From positions 2,400,001 through 2,432,000 of the forward strand of contig NZ_CP080507.1 of the NCBI RefSeq assembly GCF_019464535.1: DNA of 32,000 bases. The letters run 5' to 3'. Shown here in pieces: positions 16,902 through 24,476 of the stretch. Each line of letters begins with the position of its first letter. The stretch's first letter is position 1. Under the pieces are notes generated by a model, which searched no databases, was not told the DNA's origin, and saw only the letters and a program-made list of their open reading frames with translations. The position numbers were made by a program, and so were the translations under genes. The stretch is from Horticoccus luteus (GTDB lineage: Bacteria; Verrucomicrobiota; Verrucomicrobiia; Opitutales; Opitutaceae).

Positions 16902-17261
16902 ATGGACACCACTGTCATTGACCCCGAGGCCATCGCCGGCCTCCGCGCGCTCAACCCCGACGACAACGACGAGTTTCTCCGCGAAATCGTGGGCATCTTC
17001 CTCGAAGACACTCCCGCGCGCATCGCCGAATTGGACCAATCCCTCGCCGACGCCGACACACCCCGTTTCGTCCGTGCAGCTCATAGTATCAAAGGGAGCT
17101 CCGCCAACCTTGGGGCCACCCAACTCCGCCATGCCGCCGAGCAACTGGAACGCCACGGGCGCGACCGCGGCCTCGCCGACACCGCGCCGCTGATCACGTC
17201 GATCAAATCCGAGTTCGCGCGCGCCCGCCAGGAACTCGCCGCGCTGGTGGGCAGCGCGTAG
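16902..17261 (+). CDS. Hpt (histidine phosphotransfer) domain protein
   Basis: ORF 16650..17261, trimmed to the ATG at 16902 (119 aa). The canonical Hpt site is RAAHSIKGSSANLGATQL, within a four-helix-bundle-like sequence. Confidence 0.85.
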   Translation: MDTTVIDPEAIAGLRALNPDDNDEFLREIVGIFLEDTPARIAELDQSLADADTPRFVRAAHSIKGSSANLGATQLRHAAEQLERHGRDRGLADTAPLITSIKSEFARARQELAALVGSA

Positions 17262-17286
17262 TCCCGCCGTCGCGCAGCCCGGGACT
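17260..17286. terminator. Hairpin spanning both stop codons of convergent genes (possible terminator, no U-tract)
   Basis: AGTCCCG-N13-CGGGACT is a 7-bp stem. It overlaps the Hpt TAG (17259-17261) and the opgH stop (17286-17288). No T-run is present on either side. Confidence 0.3.
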
Positions 17287-19382
17287 CAGCTCAGCTCCGG
17301 CACCAGCACATTATGCTGGCGCATCCCGAGGCGCCACCACTCGGCCACGCTGTGCCCCGGCCGCCGCCACAATTCCGCGTGGAGCCACACCATCGATTCC
17401 GCGTCCATTAACAGCGCCATTTTTTCGCGCGCAGAAAGCCGGGCGGGACCATCCACCAGCAGCCTCTGCCGCAACTGCGCAAACCACTCGCGCGACTCCT
17501 CCACCGTGCGTCGCGGGCGCAAGAGCGAGACGTGCATCGCATTCACGTAAGGATCGAGCACCGCCCGCATGAGCCCGTAATCCTGCCGCACCGGCTCCAA
17601 CGGCGCCAACCGCCCCGCCCGCCGCGCCAGCCCGCTCTGCAATTCCACCAGCACCGGCGGTGGTTGCGTCTCCTCCGGCGTATCAAACAGCCCCTGGCGG
17701 GCCGCTTGTTGTCCACGATTCACGCTGCCTAGCACCAGCGTAATCGGCACGGAGAGCACGAGACCAGCGATCACCGGGCTCAGCCACACAAAGACGTCGG
17801 GCGCGAGCACCAGCATCGACCCGCCCCAAACAACACCGAACAAAGTCTGCCCTCCGTGGGTGACGATCGCCTCCCGCCAATCCACGCCGCCGCTCTCGCT
17901 GCGCCGCCGTTGCTTCGCCCACGAAACGCCCTGCCCGAAAATCGTGAACAGCACGAATTTCGTGTGAAACATCATGTTGATGGGCGCGAGAAAGACCGAC
18001 GTGACCGTCTCCAGCAGTGCGCTCGCAAGCAGACGCCCCCGACCGCCAAACGCGTTCGCCAGCGCAGTGTCGCTCATCGTGGTGATCGTGGCCGCAATCT
18101 TCGGCAGGAACAGCAGCACCATTGTGAAGATAAAGAGCGGCAGCGACGCCGGCACGCCATGCAGCGGCAGCATCGCCGAATTCCCGGGGCGCAATACCCG
18201 CAACGTGCTCAGGCCGAGAAAAAGCAACCAAAGCGGGGACGACACATAGGCCAGCACACCCATCAGCAAATGAAAGCGATTCGCCGGCAGGAAACCGCGC
18301 GCCGTCAGCAGCCACGTGTGCTGCAAATTCCCCTGGCACCACCGGCGGTCCCGCTTGGCGCTGTCGATCAACGTCGGCGGACCTTCCTCGAAACTGCCGT
18401 CCAAATCATGCGCCAGCCACACCGCCCACCCCGCTTTGCGCATCAACGCCGCCTCCACGAAATCGTGCGAAAGGATCCGCCCGCCAAACGGCTCGGTGCC
18501 CGGTAAATCCGGCAACGCGCAATGCTCGATAAACGGCTGCACGCGAATGATCGCGTTATGCCCCCAGTAGTTCGCCTCGTGCTGCTGCCAGTAATTCAAG
18601 CCGGCCAGAAACAGCGGGCTGTAAACGCGGTTCGCGAACGATTGCATGCGCGCATACAACGTCTCTCCTGCGACCAGCCGCGGCGCCGTTTGGATGATCC
18701 CCACGCGGGGATTGCGCTGCATCATCGCCGTCAGGCGCACGATCGCGTCGCCCGTCATCACGCTGTCCGCATCCAACACGATCATGTATTGGTAGCGCCG
18801 GCCCCAGCGGCGCAAAAAATCCGCCACGTTCCCCGCCTTCTTATTAATCGCGACTCGCCGCTTCCGGTAAAATATCCGCCCGAAACCACCCACTTCCCGA
18901 CACAGTTCCGTCCACGCCACCTCCTCCTCGATCCACTGGTTCGGATCCGTCGAATCACTGAGGATGAAGAAGTCGAAATGTTCGCCCCGGTTGGTCGCCT
19001 GGACCGAGCGATAAATCGCCCGCAACCCCTCGAACACGCGCCCGACCTCCTCATTGTAAACGGGCATGATCACAGCGGTGGCGGCGAGCGGCGCCGCCTC
19101 GTCGTCGCTGATCGTCTGACTGATCCGGCAAGTATCCCCGCCGCGATTGACCACATACAAGCCCACCATCGCCGTGCAAAATCCCGTCGCGATCTGCGCA
19201 AACAACACCGCGAACACCAACGCGAGCAGCACTTCCACGAAGCCGACCGGCCCGGAGCGCCAGAGCAAATCCACCATGAACCATGTCGCCACCGAAGTGA
19301 GTGCGAAGATGCTCGTGAAATAGAGCGTCCGCCGCCGCCCCAGCCGCCGGGCGTCCATCTTCGCGAAGTTAACGTCTTTCAT
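17286..19382 (-). CDS. opgH: Glucans biosynthesis glucosyltransferase H (GT2, osmoregulated periplasmic glucan synthesis)
   Basis: 698 aa with multiple TM segments flanking a GT2 core (VIMPVYNEE, ILSDSTD, MIVLDADSVM, RRWCQGNLQH). These are typical OpgH/MdoH blocks. Confidence 0.92.
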   Translation of the reverse strand: MKDVNFAKMDARRLGRRRTLYFTSIFALTSVATWFMVDLLWRSGPVGFVEVLLALVFAVLFAQIATGFCTAMVGLYVVNRGGDTCRISQTISDDEAAPLAATAVIMPVYNEEVGRVFEGLRAIYRSVQATNRGEHFDFFILSDSTDPNQWIEEEVAWTELCREVGGFGRIFYRKRRVAINKKAGNVADFLRRWGRRYQYMIVLDADSVMTGDAIVRLTAMMQRNPRVGIIQTAPRLVAGETLYARMQSFANRVYSPLFLAGLNYWQQHEANYWGHNAIIRVQPFIEHCALPDLPGTEPFGGRILSHDFVEAALMRKAGWAVWLAHDLDGSFEEGPPTLIDSAKRDRRWCQGNLQHTWLLTARGFLPANRFHLLMGVLAYVSSPLWLLFLGLSTLRVLRPGNSAMLPLHGVPASLPLFIFTMVLLFLPKIAATITTMSDTALANAFGGRGRLLASALLETVTSVFLAPINMMFHTKFVLFTIFGQGVSWAKQRRRSESGGVDWREAIVTHGGQTLFGVVWGGSMLVLAPDVFVWLSPVIAGLVLSVPITLVLGSVNRGQQAARQGLFDTPEETQPPPVLVELQSGLARRAGRLAPLEPVRQDYGLMRAVLDPYVNAMHVSLLRPRRTVEESREWFAQLRQRLLVDGPARLSAREKMALLMDAESMVWLHAELWRRPGHSVAEWWRLGMRQHNVLVPELS

Positions 19383-19397
19383 GAGATGACGTGCGGC

Positions 19398-19994
19398 TCA
19401 TCGCGTGGCGTGAAACGCTGCCGCCAAAGCCACGATGAAGATCAGCCACAAGCTCACCGTGCGCAGCAGCGGCCAGCGCGCGAAATGCTCCAACGCATCC
19501 CCGGCCGCGTCGCTGATCGGACCGAGATCGATCGGCTGCGGCACCATGCTCGAAACCGACATATCCGGGCCGGCAATGATCTCCATGGTGGTGAGGGCCT
19601 GCGTCAATTCCGGGGGCACTTCGTCCGCGAGAAACACTTCCGGCCATCGCTCCGGCGCATTCGCCAGCAGCAACGCCAACCGGCCAGGGATGGCGGCGCC
19701 GCCATGGGACAATTCTCGTTCCGCGGCGAAACGCCGGAACCAACCTTCGATCGTCTCCTCCATCTCCTCCGCCGCGACGACCACCGGGTCGCGCGCGGGA
19801 TTACGTTCGTGGCGCAGCGCCGCCCGTTTGAGTATCTGCACCGCAAGCTGCGTCGCATACAGCCGGTTGTAGATGCGATGAGCGCGAAGATATTCTTCGA
19901 CGCGCGCATACGCCGCATTCCACGCCTCCATCGCGCCGGTCCGCGGGTGAAACGTTCGGCTCAGCTCGTTGAAATCGAAGACGGATGTGCTCAT
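19398..19994 (-). CDS. Hypothetical protein with a single C-terminal TM anchor
   Basis: 198 aa with an ATG start. The body is soluble and helical-looking, and the C-terminal hydrophobic helix is WPLLRTVSLWLIFIVALAAAFHATR. It lies between opgG and opgH on the same strand. I recognise no family. Confidence 0.6.
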   Translation of the reverse strand: MSTSVFDFNELSRTFHPRTGAMEAWNAAYARVEEYLRAHRIYNRLYATQLAVQILKRAALRHERNPARDPVVVAAEEMEETIEGWFRRFAAERELSHGGAAIPGRLALLLANAPERWPEVFLADEVPPELTQALTTMEIIAGPDMSVSSMVPQPIDLGPISDAAGDALEHFARWPLLRTVSLWLIFIVALAAAFHATR

Positions 19995-20055
19995 GGGCGC
20001 AGACCTCCTGCCGACGCTTCGCAGACATCAAACTCGTGGTCGCTCCCCGTGGTGC

Positions 20056-21555
20056 TCATGGATTCCAGAGGTAGCTCCATGTCTCGCTTAAAACGTGGGT
20101 TCCGCTTCGGAGGTAACACCGCAGTTCGACGGGACGGTCCGGCGCATCCGGTGTCACGACAAACGCCGTGCGCCACGTGGCGTTGAAGGCATTGCGCTGG
20201 ATCGTCGCCGGTTCGGCGAGTTTGCCGCCCGTGACGACCGTTACCACCGACTCGATTTGCGCATCCGGCGCGGCCTTGTCCAAATCGCCACCGGCGAAAT
20301 CGACCAGAAACCGGCGTGCCGCGCGATTACCTTCCACCCCGGCCAGCCGGGTCGCAATCGCTTTCCCGCCCGGTGGCTCGACCGCGTTCAACGTCCAATG
20401 CATCCGATAGTGCAGATCAATCACGTCGCCGCGCTTCAGCGCCTTGGCCGGCACCCAAAACGCCACCACGTTGTCGTCGACCTCCTGCTGGGTGGGGATC
20501 TCCAGGAGACGCACCGCACCCTTCCCCCATTCGCCCTTCGGCTCGATCCAGACACTCGGCCGCGCATGATAATACGCTTCCAAGTCCTCATAAGAGGCGA
20601 AACTCCGGTCTCGCTGCAGCAGGCCGAATCCGCGCAACGCCGTGTCGTTGAAACTCGCGACCTGCACCGCCGCTGGGTTGGTGAGCGGGCGCCACAACCA
20701 TTCGCCCGAACTCAGATGCAACAGTAGTCCGTCCGAATCGTGCACCTCCGGTCGGAAATCGCCCCGCGGCCGCTCGGTGTTCTCCGCGTGCCAGAACATA
20801 CTTGTGAGCGGCGCGACGCCCAGCCCCGCCACGTTCTTCCGCGCATACACCACCGCATGCACGTCGACGAGCGTCTCGTCCCCCGGTGTCAGCTCGAAGC
20901 GATACGCGCCCGCTACGCTCGGACTATCCAAAAGGGCGTAGAGCACGAGCGTGGAGGACTCCGGCGCTGGTTGCTCGATCCAGAATTCGGAAAAGCGGGG
21001 AAACTCTTCCGGCCCGGGACCGCCGGCGTTCAACGCCAGCCCGCGCGCGGACAGCCCGTAGTGCGCGCCCCGGCACAGCATCCGAAAGTAGCTCGCACCG
21101 AGAAACGCCCCCACTTCGTCGCGCGCCTTGTTCAGCGGATACAAAATCCGAAAGCCCGCAAACCCCAGCGACGCCGGCAGATTCCCCAGCGGCAAGCGGT
21201 CGTAGTCGAACATGTTTTTCGAGAATGGAATGGGGCGCGCCACACCATCGCGCACTTCGTTGATCACCACGGCCTCGTGATAGAACAACCCGAGATGGAA
21301 AAATTGCAGCTGGAACGGCAGCTTTTCAGCCCGCCACCACGTGGCACCATCAACAAAACGAATGCGGCGATATTCGTCGTAACTCAATTTCTCCAAACTG
21401 ATCGGCAGCGTGGCGGCTGGCGCGACATACGCATGGCTCGCAAGCGCCTTCGCCCGCGCTTCCACCACTTCGAAATCAAACGCCGGCGCCGCGAGCGCGC
21501 TCAGCACGCCGGCAAGCCCCAGGCACCATAATCCGCGAGTAAGCCAATTCATCAC
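20056..21555 (-). CDS. opgG: Periplasmic glucan biosynthesis protein G
   Basis: Sec signal peptide (MMNWLTRGLWCLGLAGVLSALAAPA) and OpgG/MdoG blocks (LSYDEYRRIRF, FQLQFFHLG, FAGFRILYPLN, GASYFR, FPRFSEFWIE, DNVVAFW). The first codon is GTG at 21555, and the next codon is ATG at 21552. Confidence 0.9.
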   Translation of the reverse strand: MMNWLTRGLWCLGLAGVLSALAAPAFDFEVVEARAKALASHAYVAPAATLPISLEKLSYDEYRRIRFVDGATWWRAEKLPFQLQFFHLGLFYHEAVVINEVRDGVARPIPFSKNMFDYDRLPLGNLPASLGFAGFRILYPLNKARDEVGAFLGASYFRMLCRGAHYGLSARGLALNAGGPGPEEFPRFSEFWIEQPAPESSTLVLYALLDSPSVAGAYRFELTPGDETLVDVHAVVYARKNVAGLGVAPLTSMFWHAENTERPRGDFRPEVHDSDGLLLHLSSGEWLWRPLTNPAAVQVASFNDTALRGFGLLQRDRSFASYEDLEAYYHARPSVWIEPKGEWGKGAVRLLEIPTQQEVDDNVVAFWVPAKALKRGDVIDLHYRMHWTLNAVEPPGGKAIATRLAGVEGNRAARRFLVDFAGGDLDKAAPDAQIESVVTVVTGGKLAEPATIQRNAFNATWRTAFVVTPDAPDRPVELRCYLRSGTHVLSETWSYLWNP

Positions 21556-22488
21556 TCAGAGAAAAAATCCCCGCTGCTTCTCCGAAATCGGCAGGCCCGC
21601 CCGCTCCATCACCTTCAACAAATCATCCCAGATCATCCGTTTTTTTCGATTGGTGGGTTCACGCAAAATGTAGCTGGGATGATAAGTCACCATCAACGGC
21701 GTCCCGGCGAATTCGTGCCAGCGCCCCCGCACCTCCCCGAGCGTTCGAAAACTGTCGAGCCCCAGCAACCCGTGGGCGGCCGTGGAACCGAGCGCGACGA
21801 GCAACGCCGGCTTCACCACGTCGATCTGCGCTTTCAAATACGGCAGACAATAGCCCATTTCCTGCGCAGTCGGCGGACGGTTGCCCGTCTGATCGCCGCC
21901 TCCGGCCATCGGCATCTGCGGGCGCCAGTTCATGATGTTGCCAATGTAAACCTGCTCCCGCTGCAATCCCATGCCCGCGACCATTCGCGTGAGCAATTGT
22001 CCAGCGGGTCCCACAAACGGTTCGCCTGCCACTTCTTCGTCCGCGCCTGGAGCTTCGCCGACCAACATGATGCTCGCGTCGAGATTACCCGTGCCGAACA
22101 CGACTTTCTTGCCCGGCCGCACATGAGCGTTGCAGACGGGATCTCCCAATACGCGTTCGCGCAACGCCTCCCATTGCGTGCGTTTATCACCTTCCGGCAA
22201 CGCAAATACGGGCGGCGCAGGGATCGTGTCGTCCTGCGCGCGGGCCGCCGCGGCGCGCGGCAGCGGTGACGGTGGGGCTGACGAGTTTGTGGAGGATTCC
22301 GGAGCATCAGCGGCAATAGGTTCTGGCTGGACCGGTGATTCGCCGGCGGGTTGCACCCGGGCGTTTTTTTGCGCGGCGACCGCGCGCCGTAGCGTCGCGA
22401 GCGTCGCCTCTTCCACGGCCACGCTTTTCACGCCGTCCGCTTTGAGACGCTTCAATTCCGCTGCGAGTGCGAGCAAGGCCGTGCGCAT
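21556..22488 (-). CDS. Family-4-type uracil-DNA glycosylase with ~105-aa N-terminal extension
   Basis: Motif A is MLVGEAPGADEEVAGEPFVGPAGQLL and motif B is VTYHPSYILR. The N-terminal extension is Ala/Pro-rich. Only two Cys residues occur in the whole protein. Confidence 0.8.
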   Translation of the reverse strand: MRTALLALAAELKRLKADGVKSVAVEEATLATLRRAVAAQKNARVQPAGESPVQPEPIAADAPESSTNSSAPPSPLPRAAAARAQDDTIPAPPVFALPEGDKRTQWEALRERVLGDPVCNAHVRPGKKVVFGTGNLDASIMLVGEAPGADEEVAGEPFVGPAGQLLTRMVAGMGLQREQVYIGNIMNWRPQMPMAGGGDQTGNRPPTAQEMGYCLPYLKAQIDVVKPALLVALGSTAAHGLLGLDSFRTLGEVRGRWHEFAGTPLMVTYHPSYILREPTNRKKRMIWDDLLKVMERAGLPISEKQRGFFL

Positions 22489-22491
22489 GAT

Positions 22492-23088
22492 TCAGGTGGA
22501 GCGGCCCACCAGCAGCTTCTCGACGTATTTGCCGAGCAAATCGAACTCAAGGTTGACGAACTCGCCCGCCACCCGCCGTCCAAGATTGGTCACCGCCAGC
22601 GTCGTCGGTATCAGCCACACGGCAAAAGCATCGTCTTCCACTTCCGCCACGGTGAGCGAAATGCCGTCGATTGCGATGCTCCCCTTGTGAATCAGATAAC
22701 GGCCGCCGTTTTTCGGTCCGCGCACGCGAAGATAGCAGTCCTGCCCACGGGTCTCCAAGATTTCGATCTCGCCCACGCCATCGATATGCCCGCTGACAAA
22801 ATGCCCGCCAATTTTGCCGTTGAACGAGAGGCTCTTCTCCAAATTCACCACGGAGCCCGGCCGCAGAAAGCGAAAGTTGGTCAGGCGCCGGGTTTCTTCC
22901 AGCACGTCGAATCTCAATTCTTCGTCGTCGAACGCCGTCACCGTAAGGCAGCAGCCGTTGACGGCCACGCTGTCGCCCACGGCCAAGCCTGCCCGCACGC
23001 GCTGCGCGGCGAGCCGCAGGGACCACGCCGCCGCCCCTTGCTCGAAGGCAAGCACGGCGCCTGTTTCTTCCACGATGCCGGTAAACAT
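22492..23088 (-). CDS. ribE: Riboflavin synthase (alpha chain)
   Basis: MFTGIVEETG, GDSVAVNGCCLTV and the duplicated lumazine-binding half (GSIAIDGISLTVAEV) are present. Length is 198 aa. Confidence 0.93.
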   Translation of the reverse strand: MFTGIVEETGAVLAFEQGAAAWSLRLAAQRVRAGLAVGDSVAVNGCCLTVTAFDDEELRFDVLEETRRLTNFRFLRPGSVVNLEKSLSFNGKIGGHFVSGHIDGVGEIEILETRGQDCYLRVRGPKNGGRYLIHKGSIAIDGISLTVAEVEDDAFAVWLIPTTLAVTNLGRRVAGEFVNLEFDLLGKYVEKLLVGRST

Positions 23089-23093
23089 AAACG

Positions 23094-24476
23094 TTATTTC
23101 AGTTTGATGCGGAGCACCGCCGTCTCGCCCCCGCGGCTCACGAGCAGCACGAATTCCGCGCGCTCCGTCGAATGATCGATCGCGGTCAGACGCTTCACCG
23201 CGTCGGCAAAATCCTTCGCCGGTTCGCCGTCGATCTCTTTGATCCAGTCGTCGGGCCGCAGACCGGCGATGGCCGCGGGACTGTTTGGTTTGACGAAATT
23301 GGCGATCACGCCCGTCGCCCCGGCGAACGTCTCGTGGCGCACCACGGCATCGCCAAACACGAGCTCGCGCACGGTGAATCCAAACCGGTCGAAATAGTGG
23401 CGTTCCGCTTCGCGCATGAGTTTCGGTTCATCGACCAGCGTCGCCTTGATTTCCACGCGTTGCCCGTCGCGCAGCACGGTGATCGGCAGCACATCGCCGG
23501 GTTGATGCGCCGCGATCGCACGCTCCACGTAGCCGACCACGCCGCTCTGCGGCCGGAAGCGCGGGAGCGCGCGGCCATCCAGCGCGACAATCACGTCGCG
23601 CGGCTTCAGGCCGGCTTTTTCGGCCGGGCTGTTTTCGAGCACCTCACTCACCACAGCGGCGGATTGCTGATCGAGCTTCATGAACCGCGCGACTTCCGCA
23701 TCCAAAGGCTGCAGGCCGTATGCGCCGAGCCACGCGAGCGGCCGGCCGTAAATGTTCTTCGGCACGCGCAGAAAATAAGGCCGCGCCTCCGCCGCCACTT
23801 GAAACGCGCTGCTCTCCTCGATGTTGACCAACATGACCGGCTCGCCCGCCCGCTCCGTCCGCGAGAACTCCAAAAAACTCTGCCCGAAAGACGACAACGC
23901 GACTCCCACGAATTCGCCCGCCCGGTTGAACACCGGCAATCCCGGGCCCGCGATTTCCGTTTGCGCGATCGCGGTGCGTTGCGGCAGCGACTGCAGCAGT
24001 GCAACCCTGCCCGACAACAAATACGGCATGAAATCCTCGTCCTTGCCGCGGAGCGCGATTCCCCACACGTCGGCCCCGATCGAGGGTTCTACATCTTTGG
24101 CGGCATAAAAATTGGAAATCGGCACGAGCTTCGACCGCAGAGGCTCATCCACGCGCACGAAATGCCAGCCCGACACCGCATCCTGGCCGAGGTAATGCGC
24201 GGGCACGCTCACCGAATCGCCCGCCGCATAGGCTTTGAAATCCTTGTATTGGTCCAAACCAAACCGCGGATTGATCGCGGCAGACGGCAGCACGATCGTG
24301 CCCTCATCGTCGATCACGGTGCCATAAGCGGTGGTCGGTCGCCGATCGATATCCGTCTCGACCACGAACTCCACCGCCGCGACTGACTTCGTGCGCTCGG
24401 CCCACAGCGCCGAAAGGTCGCTCGCCTGCGCGGTCAAAACCGCCGCCAAGAAAAGAAGAAGTCCGCGAAGTCTCAT
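23094..24476 (-). CDS. HtrA-like periplasmic protein with two PDZ domains and a degenerate (inactive) protease domain
   Basis: It has a signal peptide and an N-terminal trypsin-fold-like region. The triad positions read LPSAAI (His lost), GWHFVRV (Asp lost) and IAGPGLPVF (Ser lost). The two PDZ domains are AVVSEVLENSPAEKAGLKPRDVIVALDG and GVIANFVKPNSPAAIAGLRPDDWIKEIDG. Confidence 0.8.
   Translation of the reverse strand: MRLRGLLLFLAAVLTAQASDLSALWAERTKSVAAVEFVVETDIDRRPTTAYGTVIDDEGTIVLPSAAINPRFGLDQYKDFKAYAAGDSVSVPAHYLGQDAVSGWHFVRVDEPLRSKLVPISNFYAAKDVEPSIGADVWGIALRGKDEDFMPYLLSGRVALLQSLPQRTAIAQTEIAGPGLPVFNRAGEFVGVALSSFGQSFLEFSRTERAGEPVMLVNIEESSAFQVAAEARPYFLRVPKNIYGRPLAWLGAYGLQPLDAEVARFMKLDQQSAAVVSEVLENSPAEKAGLKPRDVIVALDGRALPRFRPQSGVVGYVERAIAAHQPGDVLPITVLRDGQRVEIKATLVDEPKLMREAERHYFDRFGFTVRELVFGDAVVRHETFAGATGVIANFVKPNSPAAIAGLRPDDWIKEIDGEPAKDFADAVKRLTAIDHSTERAEFVLLVSRGGETAVLRIKLK

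Noticed and set aside
18522-20186. 554-aa plus-strand ORF
   Set aside because: It is antisense to opgH, the 198-aa ORF and the opgG 3' end. The product is Arg/His/Pro-rich with no domain signature, while the minus-strand genes have clear family motifs.
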